In this document: piece after piece, positions 8,511 to 17,825 of the stretch | Position numbering within the stretch: position 1 is the stretch's first letter | Layout: every line of letters starts with the position of its first letter | IMG/VR virus record: IMGVR_UViG_3300008448_014394 | Length of the DNA: 64,000 nucleotides | Strand: one strand, 5' to 3' | From: an uncultured virus (IMG/VR IMGVR_UViG_3300008448_014394) | Taxonomy: Duplodnaviria; Heunggongvirae; Uroviricota; Caudoviricetes | Position numbers and translations under genes: made by a program | The notes under the pieces: generated by a model | The model's database searches: none | The model's input: the letters and a program-made list of their open reading frames with translations, nothing else | Told to the model about the DNA's origin: nothing

Positions 8511-9329
8511 ATGGATCAATTATTCAAAGCTTTAACTGCTTTAGTGTTTATTTCTATATCACTAATACCGTCTTTGCCTAAAAATGGTAAATTCATAGAA
8601 GTTAGTCAAAATAACGCAAACTATACATCTCAATATGCCTCAGATTTTTATCAAGGATCTTCTCTATCTAGAGAGATTTTAGATCCAGTAGTTAAGATAA
8701 GTATATCCTTAGGCATTGGTGGCGAATCAGCAGTGATTGGAAATGGAACAGGCTTTGGAGTCCATTATGATAAAAAAAATGAAATTAGCTATATAATAAC
8801 CAACTATCACATCTGTTCTATCAAGGATATGAATATCCCTGGCGATATCCCTCATAGCGTTAAGTTTTATATAGAAGATAGAGATACTATCATGGGCCTA
8901 ACAACATTAGATGCCATTGGAGAATTGGAAATACTATCAGTAGACTCAAGCAAGGATTTATGCTTATTAAAGACTGGAGCCTATGTTCGCCCAGCAAAAA
9001 TAGCTGGCAAGAATTATAAAGTTAGACAACTAGAAGAGGTCACTGTTGTTGGAGGGCCAGTTGGAGTTTATCCTATAGTTTTAAAAACATTTATAACAAA
9101 CTTAATATCTGTAAATATATCCAACGAGGCCTCTCCAGATCCTAGACCACTTTATTTGCTATCAGAAATGGCTTTCGGTGGGCATAGCGGTTCTCCAATA
9201 TTCAATAAAAATAACGAAGTAGTTGGAGTAGTATTTATGAGCCTAAATAATGAGCTTGGTCCAATTTATGGTATGGCAGGCATACCACTAATTGAATTGC
9301 AAGAATTTCTAGAGGCTAATAATCTATAG
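8511..9329 (+). CDS. trypsin-like (S1) serine protease with N-terminal hydrophobic segment
   Basis: Catalytic triad contexts ITNYHIC, KDLCLL and GGHSGSP; GAGGG RBS. Confidence 0.88.
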   Translation: MDQLFKALTALVFISISLIPSLPKNGKFIEVSQNNANYTSQYASDFYQGSSLSREILDPVVKISISLGIGGESAVIGNGTGFGVHYDKKNEISYIITNYHICSIKDMNIPGDIPHSVKFYIEDRDTIMGLTTLDAIGELEILSVDSSKDLCLLKTGAYVRPAKIAGKNYKVRQLEEVTVVGGPVGVYPIVLKTFITNLISVNISNEASPDPRPLYLLSEMAFGGHSGSPIFNKNNEVVGVVFMSLNNELGPIYGMAGIPLIELQEFLEANNL

Positions 9330-9331
9330 TT

Positions 9332-9622
9332 CTACTTTGGCCTAAGCTTAAGTTTCTTCTTCTTTATTATCTTGGTTTTCTTGACAGGCTCTGTGGTAAA
9401 CTTTTTTTTGTACTCCAATGCAATATGCTTGATAAAGACAGGATCTACTTGACTGCCATTCATAATTGTATTCATAATTTTGCTAGCAATAGAGATTGCA
9501 TCCAAAGCATCTTTGGTTGTTGGATCGAGATCTTCTCCAGAGTCACGTTTTTTGCTTAACTCTCTGAGCTTAGATAATCCATCAAGTGGTATTTGTGGAA
9601 TATCTTTATTCTGATTCTTCAT
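9332..9622 (-). CDS. hypothetical protein with basic C-terminus
   Basis: ORF track; tightly packed behind 9606..9812. Confidence 0.55.
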   Translation of the reverse strand: MKNQNKDIPQIPLDGLSKLRELSKKRDSGEDLDPTTKDALDAISIASKIMNTIMNGSQVDPVFIKHIALEYKKKFTTEPVKKTKIIKKKKLKLRPK

Positions 9623-9812
9623 TTGCAATTTTCGACTTTAGCAAAATTAAATTTGCAATCAGGGTACCAAGCGAATCTTGATTAAGCTTAGCAGTAATTA
9701 CTACAGTTTTTTTATCAGAAGGCGTGGTACGGATGGAAAGGTCTACATTTCCCTTTCCATCCTGTTTTGCTTCTACATACTCAGAATTACCTTTTCCAAC
9801 AAATACTCTCAT
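9606..9812 (-). CDS. hypothetical protein
   Basis: ORF track; start overlaps the phoH stop (TAATG). Confidence 0.6.
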   Translation of the reverse strand: MRVFVGKGNSEYVEAKQDGKGNVDLSIRTTPSDKKTVVITAKLNQDSLGTLIANLILLKSKIANEESE

Positions 9813-11122
9813 TACATAACCTTTGCTGCATATGTAGCCAGCTTGCTCCTTTCTCCGCGTCTGAGTCTAATGTGACCTGCGTGCTCAAACTCTTTAAACA
9901 AAGAAACAACAGAAGACAATCCTGATGTTTTTTCATCTACTGATGGTGAGTCGATCTGCTCCAAGTCACCAATTAAAACTATTTTTGAATTTTCACCCAT
10001 TCTGGTAAGGAGTGCTTTTGCTTCATGGTGTGTGATATTTTGTGCCTCATCTATAATAAATATAGTGTCAGGAAGAGTTCTACCTCTAATATAAGTTAGA
10101 GCCTCCATCTGTATAATACCATTTTTCATTAGCATATCAATATAAGCCTTACCGCGATTGTCAAAAATAACTTCTAAGTTATCAAAGAAAGGCTGCAACC
10201 AAGGCGCAAGCTTTTCTTCTTTTGTTCCTGGTAAGAATCCAATATCTTTACTGGTGCTTTGAACAGGTCTTGATAGAATAAGCTTTTTATATTTCTTCTG
10301 GTGGATCATGCTTACGGCTGAAGCTATAGCAAGTAAAGTTTTTCCACAGCCTGCCATGCCGCTTAAAGAAACCATATGAACATTTGGATCTAAGAGCAAT
10401 TCTAGTGCGAATACTTGTTCTGCACTTCTAGACTTTATACCTTCTACAGAAAAGTCTTTGCCTATTGCATACTTTAATTTTCTTAAAGTAGTTGGGGAAG
10501 ATGCCATAGCTAAGGCACTAGATTGGCCACACTTTAAGAGAAACCCTTGGTTTGGATAAAAACTTCCATCAGGAATTATGATTGTTTCATCTCTGTAGAA
10601 ATCATCTATCTGCTCTTTTGTTACTTCCATTGTTTCTACACCATCATAGAAGTAATCTAGGGCTTCTTTTCCATTTTTCTCGTAACTAATTGCTGGGATG
10701 TTTAAAGAGTCGCAACGAACTCTAAGGGAGATATCTCTGCTAACTACTGTTGCTGGAACTCCAGATTCAATAAATGATGCGGCGACTGAAATGATTCTAT
10801 TATCATTTGTTTCGGTCATACTTTCAGGAAGTAGTGATAGGTCGGATTTTGAGGTGACATAAATAACTTGACCGTCTTCAATTTCGACGCCATTAAATAA
10901 GCTACCTTTTTCTCTTACTTTATCAAGATAGCGATTTACATATCTGCAAGCAGCGCCAGTTTGATCTTGTCTTGTTTTTAAATTATCTAATTCTTCAAGA
11001 ACTTCAATAGGTAAATAGATATTATGTCCGGGAAAATTATGAATTGATTCGCCATGATAAGCTAGGACAGAAGTATCAATAATATAGTTTTTTCTTTCAG
11101 AGGGCGGAGCGTCTTTAAACAT
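9812..11122 (-). CDS. phoH: PIN domain-PhoH family ATPase (PhoH2/YlaK-like)
   Basis: PIN acidic motifs IDTSVL, LEELD, NDNRI and SRDISLR; PhoH motifs GMAGCGKT, IGFLPG, YIRGRT, DEAQN and GDLEQID. Confidence 0.9.
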   Translation of the reverse strand: MFKDAPPSERKNYIIDTSVLAYHGESIHNFPGHNIYLPIEVLEELDNLKTRQDQTGAACRYVNRYLDKVREKGSLFNGVEIEDGQVIYVTSKSDLSLLPESMTETNDNRIISVAASFIESGVPATVVSRDISLRVRCDSLNIPAISYEKNGKEALDYFYDGVETMEVTKEQIDDFYRDETIIIPDGSFYPNQGFLLKCGQSSALAMASSPTTLRKLKYAIGKDFSVEGIKSRSAEQVFALELLLDPNVHMVSLSGMAGCGKTLLAIASAVSMIHQKKYKKLILSRPVQSTSKDIGFLPGTKEEKLAPWLQPFFDNLEVIFDNRGKAYIDMLMKNGIIQMEALTYIRGRTLPDTIFIIDEAQNITHHEAKALLTRMGENSKIVLIGDLEQIDSPSVDEKTSGLSSVVSLFKEFEHAGHIRLRRGERSKLATYAAKVM

Positions 11123-11150
11123 ACAGTCTCCATATTTTAAGAGTTTTTAC

Positions 11151-11492
11151 CTAACTGGATAAATTTATATCCTCCTCTTTAACTGACCAACACTCTATAG
11201 TTACTTCATAATATAGGCCTCCTTTTTCTTTATCTTGTTTAAGCTTCATTTCTGGACCAGCCCATTCGCCAACCACATTTCCTTCGTGGGTAACACGAAT
11301 AGCACCAAGAGTTGAAAACTCAATTATTTCCACCTTGTTATCGAAAAGGTATTTTACAAACTCCGGATCTGATTCTTGCTTTTTCTCTATATCTAATCCG
11401 AGAAAAAGGAGAAGATCCTCCAGCCATTCATCGCGCACTTCTTTAATAGCATTTTGATACCCATATCTATCAGCCATTAAAGTTATTATCAT
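11151..11492 (-). CDS. hypothetical protein
   Basis: ORF track; the upstream extension crosses a terminator, so the start is placed at ATG 11492 (11477 is also possible). Confidence 0.6.
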   Translation of the reverse strand: MIITLMADRYGYQNAIKEVRDEWLEDLLLFLGLDIEKKQESDPEFVKYLFDNKVEIIEFSTLGAIRVTHEGNVVGEWAGPEMKLKQDKEKGGLYYEVTIECWSVKEEDINLSS

Positions 11493-11541
11493 ATATTGCC
11501 ATTCCCTCTGTATATTAAATATTGTTAGTAGAAAGAAAAAT

Positions 11542-11568
11542 AAAAAAGGCGGCACAAAAATGCCGCCT
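11542..11568 (-). terminator. intrinsic terminator
   Basis: Minus strand AGGCGGCA-TTTTTG-TGCCGCCT followed by TTTTTATTTTT, downstream of the nrdAB-nuclease unit. Confidence 0.85.
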
Positions 11569-11604
11569 AATCCTAAAATATAAAAATGTTGATGATTACC
11601 AACA

Positions 11605-13104
11605 TTAAGGGTTTAGGACCCAAAGTCGCTGACCCGCATCCCAAATCTTAACCCAGCCCAGCTCTCTCGCATATTCCTCCTGTGATAATTTACGATCATC
11701 CATATTGGCCCTACATCTTAGCCTGTTAAATGTACGATTATTATCAGTCCATTTAAATCCGAGCGTATCACGTTCTTTTTTAAATCCTAATTTCTCTAAG
11801 TAATTACCAGTTCCATATCTTAAGTCAGCCCAATAATGAATAGGTAACTTTGGGGTAACTTCTTTAATCTTAGAAAGAAGTTTTGAAGCACCACCAACCA
11901 CAGAGGTGTTTAACTTTGAGCAAAGTCGCTCAATTTTTATCCTGTCAGAAAAAACCTTGTAAGCTGCCGCCATGATAATTTCATCATTATAAAGCAAACC
12001 AAAAGTTATTGCGTTAGCATTTCCCATCAGATGATTCTTAGTAAAGAAGGAGCTATATTCCTCTGTGCTAAGTTGCACTATCTTTGTTTTTCTCGCGTAT
12101 ACTTTTTTACTGTTACCCAGGTGATTATTAATTATAGATTTTACAATATCTATATTATGATAAACCTCATCCTCTCGGAATTGAAATACTTTTAGTCCCA
12201 AATCTTCATAGCTTTTTCTTAATTTAAAGTGATAGTTTTTATCAGTCTCGTTAGACTCAGAATGCCAGTAAAGACCATCGACATTTATTGCAGTTTTATC
12301 ATTTATTTTAAAATCAGGCTTATATCTTAGATTGGGAAATTTATCTAGGTCAAAATATTTATTATAAAATTCTGAGTCGAAAGCTTGTGATGCGACTTTC
12401 TCTAAGTAAGTTACAGTCTCTTTATAATTATCTACATAATTATAAATATCATCATGTGAAAGCTTACCTTCTCTAATTAGTTTATAAGCATTTACGATAG
12501 GGACTCCTGCTTTTTTACAAATAGTATTAACAGTATCCTTGCCATTAATAAATTTAATTAATCCAGACTTTTCCTTGGTCAACATTCCCTTGAGATTAAC
12601 CTTACTAGATTGTGCCGGATGCTTTACTCCAAATTTTTTTAAGTTTGTTTTATAAGTTTTTTCCCTAATTGCATTACTTTTCATGGGGCTATCCACCCCA
12701 TGACGTTCAATCATCGACTTCTTTATTTTTTCCTTCACAACCTCGGATTGGAATGAATGTTCTGTGCTAAATCTTTCAAGATTTGTTTTGACCACCTTAT
12801 CCATTCTAGTTTTTTGCAAAACCTCATGGTCTTTTTTTATCCCAAAGCCACGGAGGGCCGTGGCTATAGTAGGATCTGTGACACCACATAGTTCAGCAAT
12901 TTGTGTAGTTGTTAAATTTTCTACAATGTATTTATTATGAAGCCACTCTTTATCCATATATATCTTAGATTTAGATAGCCCATATTTTTCTACTCGGGTT
13001 TTTACATACGCATAAGTTCGACCGATTTGCTTTGAAATTTGATTAATACTCAAATCATCATCTATATACAGCTTTATAAGCTCCTCTTTGGTCAGATTTA
13101 CCAT
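11605..13104 (-). CDS. homing endonuclease-like protein: HTH repeats, PD-(D/E)XK/Vsr-like nuclease and C-terminal GNAT (Mom-like) domain
   Basis: Two HTH-like units; KTNLERF / SMIERHGV / KTNLKKFGV repeats; YKPDF..AINVDGLYWHS; YARKT..NHLMG..GGASKLL..ADLRYG.G....LGF. Start overlaps the nrdB stop (TAATG). Confidence 0.7.
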   Translation of the reverse strand: MVNLTKEELIKLYIDDDLSINQISKQIGRTYAYVKTRVEKYGLSKSKIYMDKEWLHNKYIVENLTTTQIAELCGVTDPTIATALRGFGIKKDHEVLQKTRMDKVVKTNLERFSTEHSFQSEVVKEKIKKSMIERHGVDSPMKSNAIREKTYKTNLKKFGVKHPAQSSKVNLKGMLTKEKSGLIKFINGKDTVNTICKKAGVPIVNAYKLIREGKLSHDDIYNYVDNYKETVTYLEKVASQAFDSEFYNKYFDLDKFPNLRYKPDFKINDKTAINVDGLYWHSESNETDKNYHFKLRKSYEDLGLKVFQFREDEVYHNIDIVKSIINNHLGNSKKVYARKTKIVQLSTEEYSSFFTKNHLMGNANAITFGLLYNDEIIMAAAYKVFSDRIKIERLCSKLNTSVVGGASKLLSKIKEVTPKLPIHYWADLRYGTGNYLEKLGFKKERDTLGFKWTDNNRTFNRLRCRANMDDRKLSQEEYARELGWVKIWDAGQRLWVLNP

Positions 13105-14072
13105 TACCAGCCCCATTCACCATTCATACCCGAAGCATTATAATCCGTGACTCTCTTCTCAAAGAAGTTAGACATTGTATCCCCGTTCAAGATCCAATCT
13201 AACCAGGGAAGAGGATTCTCCTTTTCTCCATAGTTTGGCTTAAGCCCAAGTTGAATTAATCGCCTATCAGCAATGTATCTAATATATTTCTTCATCTCAT
13301 CTGCAGATAAGCCTTCAATTTCTCCCATTTTATAAGCCAAATCAATAATCTTATCTTCCAAAGCGACTGCTGTTCTGTACATTTCATAGATTTCTCTCTT
13401 GAATTCGTCATTGACGATTTTAGGATGTTCTTCACAGAAGGTGCGGAATAGCTTTGACATATATTGAACATGTACTGTTTCATCACGAATTGACCACTCT
13501 ACAATAGTACACATTCCCTTCATCTTGCCAAATCTTTGATAATTAAGAAGCATGACGAATGCAGAGAAAAGACTCATGCCTTCATTGCAGACGCTCTGAG
13601 CTAACGAAAGTCCAATGCCCTTTTTAGTGGATACGTTATTCTTTTGCATGAAGGCAATCTTGTCAGCCATCTCATGATATTCCATAAAGGCCCAATATTC
13701 TTTTTCAGCTAGGCCGAGGGTATCATTTAGCAGGGCGTAAGCTCTTTGGTGAGTACCTTCTCGGTTGGCAAATGATAGAAGCATGTTGCGAATTTCATTA
13801 TTTTTGAATACTGGAATAAATAGTTCGCAATAGTTTCCACCTACCTGAACATCAGATTGGGTAAATAGCCTTAGGATTTGGGTAATATGTTCTTTTTCAA
13901 CCGAGGTAAGGCCCTGCCCCTTCCACTGGTTGATATCTTCTTGAAGCTCAGCCTCCCAAGTGCCCCAGTGAATTTTTTCATGTTCTTCTGCAGCCAACAT
14001 CGCCCAAGGGTATTGAAAAGGTTTGTAAGCTGTACTAGGGTGTAATAATCCATCTTGATTTATCCTTGACAT
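13104..14072 (-). CDS. nrdB: class I ribonucleotide reductase beta subunit
   Basis: FTQSDVQV, REGTHQRAY (radical Tyr), EGMSLFSAF, SIRDETVH and NFFEKRVTDY; GAGGAGG RBS before ATG 14072. Confidence 0.95.
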   Translation of the reverse strand: MSRINQDGLLHPSTAYKPFQYPWAMLAAEEHEKIHWGTWEAELQEDINQWKGQGLTSVEKEHITQILRLFTQSDVQVGGNYCELFIPVFKNNEIRNMLLSFANREGTHQRAYALLNDTLGLAEKEYWAFMEYHEMADKIAFMQKNNVSTKKGIGLSLAQSVCNEGMSLFSAFVMLLNYQRFGKMKGMCTIVEWSIRDETVHVQYMSKLFRTFCEEHPKIVNDEFKREIYEMYRTAVALEDKIIDLAYKMGEIEGLSADEMKKYIRYIADRRLIQLGLKPNYGEKENPLPWLDWILNGDTMSNFFEKRVTDYNASGMNGEWGW

Positions 14073-15832
14073 GATAAGCACTCCTCCTCTTTTCCTGCAA
14101 CATAGTCTGCTAACGCAACTCTTTCAACCTTTGCAGATACCTTTTCAGGATCGACTCCGGCGCTAGTTCTTAAGTAATAAAGTCCTTTTAAGCCATCCTT
14201 CCATGCTTTTAAGTGGGTCATAAGTACATAGTTTTTATCACTACCAGCTGGAAAGAATAAGTTAACACTTTGACCTTGGCAAATAAATTCTTGCCTAGAA
14301 GCTGCATGATCAACTACCCAGAGCTGATCTAATTCAAAGGCAGTCTTAAAGACTGACTTCTCCCATTCACTTAGGAATTGAAGATGCTGAACAGATCCTT
14401 GGGCCAAGATGATGGATTGCCATACAGAATCCATTTCTTCTGGCTTTACATATTTTGAAATTACTTTGTCTAGTTCGGGATTCTTTACTAAGAATGATCC
14501 TGTTCTAGTTCTATGAGTATAGGCATTTGATTTCCATGGCTCAATAGAAGCTGAAGTATTTGCAATAATGGAAGAGTTTGCATTAGGAGCGATAGCTAAA
14601 ATATGAGAATTTCTTCTACCAGATCCGATCCCATCCAGATATTCTCCACGTTCCTTTGCCAATTCTTCAGTAGCCTCAACTGCTTGTGACTTAATATGAG
14701 AGAAAACTTCCATGTTTAGAACTTTTGCCATTACGCTTTCCCAAGGTATATTTTTACTTTGAAGAAGATCATGGAAGCCCATAGCACCTAGACCAAGTGA
14801 TCTTTCTCTCATTGCGCTATAGATAGCCTTATGTAAAACAGGTGGAGCTTGATCAATAAATACTTGCAGAACATTGTCTAAAAATCTAACAAGATCCTTT
14901 ACAATGGTCGTATCCTTCCACTCATCATAGTGTCGAAGATTTAGTGAGCTTAGACAACATACAGCTGTTCTTTCAGGTCCTGTTGGAAGATGAATTTCAT
15001 TACAAAGATTTGAACCGTGTATTTTGAGACCTAGATCTTTTAATGGCTGTGGCAAATGCCTATTGGCTGTATCAATAAAGTTTAGATATGGCTCACCAGT
15101 ACGATACCTAACCTCAATAATTGTTTCTAAAAGCTCTCTAGCAGGAATTGTATCTCTTACTGTTCCATCTGCTGGATCTTTAAGCTCCCAGACTTTATTT
15201 TCGATGCAAGCCTGCATAAAATCATCAGTAATATTTACTGCATTATGAAGGTTAAAGCACTTACGATTTGGATCTCCGCCAGTAGGAACTCGAATCTGTA
15301 AAAACTCTAAAATATCTGGATGACTAATATCAAGGTAGGCAGCGTAGCTACCTTTTCTAGTTACACCTTGACGATAGGCATTCATATCTGCATCTACAGT
15401 TTTTAGGAATGGAATTGGCCCAGGTGACTTCTTGGAGACAGACCTGATGGATGACCAATGACCACCAACGCCTCCACCTTTTACAGAGAGCCATCTTAAC
15501 TCTGCAGTATGGTCAATTAATCCTTCTAGTGTATCATCTACATAAGTTAAGAAGCATGAAATAGGCAAGGCTTTCCATGACTTACCTGGAGTTGGTGCGT
15601 TGCTTAAAACTGGAGAAGCATAAACGAACCAAGACTTGCTAGCATAATTATAAATTCTTTGGGCAAATTCTAAATCGCCACCAGAATAAGCTAATGCAGC
15701 TCTAGCAAAAGATTGTTGAGGAGAAGTTTCTCCATCAATTAAATAATATTGTTCTAAAAGTTTTGAGGCAAACTCCGTAAGTTCCTTATCTTTATCTAAG
15801 TCTAACTTAATACCAAAATATTCTTCCTGCAT
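14060..15832 (-). CDS. nrdA: class I ribonucleotide reductase alpha subunit (no ATP cone)
   Basis: ASPVLSN, PISCFL, GGGVG, SNLCNEI, VCCLSSLN, IAPNANSS, KGLYYLR and C-terminal CLSCQG; start at ATG 15832 (GGAG RBS). Confidence 0.95.
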   Translation of the reverse strand: MQEEYFGIKLDLDKDKELTEFASKLLEQYYLIDGETSPQQSFARAALAYSGGDLEFAQRIYNYASKSWFVYASPVLSNAPTPGKSWKALPISCFLTYVDDTLEGLIDHTAELRWLSVKGGGVGGHWSSIRSVSKKSPGPIPFLKTVDADMNAYRQGVTRKGSYAAYLDISHPDILEFLQIRVPTGGDPNRKCFNLHNAVNITDDFMQACIENKVWELKDPADGTVRDTIPARELLETIIEVRYRTGEPYLNFIDTANRHLPQPLKDLGLKIHGSNLCNEIHLPTGPERTAVCCLSSLNLRHYDEWKDTTIVKDLVRFLDNVLQVFIDQAPPVLHKAIYSAMRERSLGLGAMGFHDLLQSKNIPWESVMAKVLNMEVFSHIKSQAVEATEELAKERGEYLDGIGSGRRNSHILAIAPNANSSIIANTSASIEPWKSNAYTHRTRTGSFLVKNPELDKVISKYVKPEEMDSVWQSIILAQGSVQHLQFLSEWEKSVFKTAFELDQLWVVDHAASRQEFICQGQSVNLFFPAGSDKNYVLMTHLKAWKDGLKGLYYLRTSAGVDPEKVSAKVERVALADYVAGKEEECLSCQG

Positions 15833-16108
15833 AATATCTAATCTCCATATAAATGCTCCGACAATTGAGATAGAGCAACCTGTTGGTATAGATTGTTTAC
15901 AAATTAATAGTCCAAGAAAACAACAAATCATTTCCTACATGATTTACAAGGGTATAAAAAATTTAATTATTTTTTTAATATAGCAAGGTAGATCTACTAC
16001 TATTTGGAAAATTGCCAATGACAATCCAGACAAACAAATAGAGCTAGCCACGCTATTTATTGTACTAGGATGGTCTGGTGTAGACTAATCTATAATTTTC
16101 GTCTTTAT

Positions 16109-17524
16109 CTATTTTTTCTTTTTCTTTGAATCATCCGCGTGGGAGAAACCTTCTTCATCGTATGAGTAATGGAAGACCTCACCTTTGTCATCTACGGTTT
16201 TTAAATCTATAATACTACCCCATATCTCTTGTATATATCCCATTACCTTCTCGATATGCTTGGGATCTAGAGTACCTATTTCAGTACTATCATGGACTAT
16301 TTCCATACCATTTGTAGACGCAACATCAATATAGATTAATGGAGCTTGATAATTATATATCTTGCTAGTTAGACTTTCTACAACATCAGAAACATCTGTA
16401 CTTTCAATTACTATATACTGATCTTTACCCTTATCATAATGATTTTTGTAAGCAAACATTTTTAAATCATTAACAATTTCTTGTGTTAGGTAGGCTCTAA
16501 GGAAAGAAATATCGTCTTCTTCCTCTACAACTTTTAACATCTTTTGGAATCCGTTTATAGTAGATTCTCCTTTTTCAAACTTTTCGTCCCACCTTTTCTT
16601 AATATCATTAAATATTGTGAATCCTAAGAAGTATGGATTTATATTTAGTTTATTTCCACCAGGCTGTACAACTTTCTCATGAATTTTTACGAACTCTAAA
16701 TACTCTGCGGCACTTAGCATTTCATTATTTAAAAGGTACATTAGCTCTGCATGGACGTAGCTGGCGAAGCCCTCGTTCATTATCTTTGTACAATATTGTG
16801 GATAAAAATAAAAAGATTCTTCTCTTGTTATCTGAAAAATATCTTTTTCCCAAGCCTCCATATCTGCATAGTTTGATAGGAACCATAATAAATCATATTC
16901 TCTTTCTGGCGGAAATTTTTCATTTAAAGTTACTTCTTTATATCCAGAAGAATCTTTTCCATAAACATCATCAAACTCTCCAGAGACAACTTTCTTTAAT
17001 ACCTTTTTCTTTTTTGGATAGGCATTCCGATGAACACCTTTATACCAGTCAATATTTTTATCCATTGAAAAGGCAACATCCATAATATGCTCCACCTTTT
17101 CGATGCCATGCTGAGATATATAATCCTCTACACGTTGCGCACGCTCTGCAGCATGATAGACCATCTTTCTGTCAGTTTGTTTAAATAGGTAGTTATTTTT
17201 AAAGAAATGAACGTGGCCTATAACGTGAGCAATAACCATGGTGTTGGCTATATCAGAATTAGTTTCTAACAAGAATGCATATGATGGGTCATTATTTAAA
17301 ACTAATTCGTAGACCTTAGACATACCCATTTCACCTTGTAATTTTTGGTATGCATAACTTTGTCCATAGCTCCAGTGTCGTGCCCTAGTTGGTAATCCAT
17401 AGCTCATTACCTCTAGCAAGACTTCTTCTGGTACTACCTCCCAGTTTATTGGGAAAAAGTCTAGGCCCATTTCTTTTGCCTTATCTTCAAACCAAGCTGT
17501 TCTTTTTTCTAGTAGTTCTTTCAT
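16109..17524 (-). CDS. spoVR: SpoVR / YcgB family protein
   Basis: YGLPTR..HWSYG, YELVLNNDPSYAFLL, AHVIGHVHFFKNN, YFYPQ..TKIMNEGFASY and NPYFLG. Confidence 0.93.
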   Translation of the reverse strand: MKELLEKRTAWFEDKAKEMGLDFFPINWEVVPEEVLLEVMSYGLPTRARHWSYGQSYAYQKLQGEMGMSKVYELVLNNDPSYAFLLETNSDIANTMVIAHVIGHVHFFKNNYLFKQTDRKMVYHAAERAQRVEDYISQHGIEKVEHIMDVAFSMDKNIDWYKGVHRNAYPKKKKVLKKVVSGEFDDVYGKDSSGYKEVTLNEKFPPEREYDLLWFLSNYADMEAWEKDIFQITREESFYFYPQYCTKIMNEGFASYVHAELMYLLNNEMLSAAEYLEFVKIHEKVVQPGGNKLNINPYFLGFTIFNDIKKRWDEKFEKGESTINGFQKMLKVVEEEDDISFLRAYLTQEIVNDLKMFAYKNHYDKGKDQYIVIESTDVSDVVESLTSKIYNYQAPLIYIDVASTNGMEIVHDSTEIGTLDPKHIEKVMGYIQEIWGSIIDLKTVDDKGEVFHYSYDEEGFSHADDSKKKKK

Positions 17525-17525
17525 T

Positions 17526-17825
17526 TTACTTCCTATTTTTCTTTTCATGCTTGAATACGTCTAAATGATATATTAGCAATTCAATCTTGTCCGTTGGTAA
17601 TCTATCTAATAACATCTCAAAATTTAGCAGTTCTGGCTCATTATTATTCGGATAATATACCCAAACAAAGCTAGAAAATGTTAAAAATAAATAATAATCT
17701 GTATCTGGGACTCTAAACCTAAATTTATCACCCATATCCTCCAAACAATTAAGCTCCCTTATCTTTTCGTAAAATAAGGGAGCGTCAGAATATGAAAGGT
17801 GGTGATCATAAATTGTTAATGCCAT
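17526..17825 (-). CDS. hypothetical protein inserted between yhbH and spoVR
   Basis: ORF track; start overlaps the yhbH stop (TAATG), stop lies 1 nt before the spoVR start. Confidence 0.65.
   Translation of the reverse strand: MALTIYDHHLSYSDAPLFYEKIRELNCLEDMGDKFRFRVPDTDYYLFLTFSSFVWVYYPNNNEPELLNFEMLLDRLPTDKIELLIYHLDVFKHEKKNRK

Noticed and set aside
15932..16108. Short plus-strand reading frame in the spoVR-nrdA gap
   Set aside because: No convincing start codon or RBS, and too short to support.
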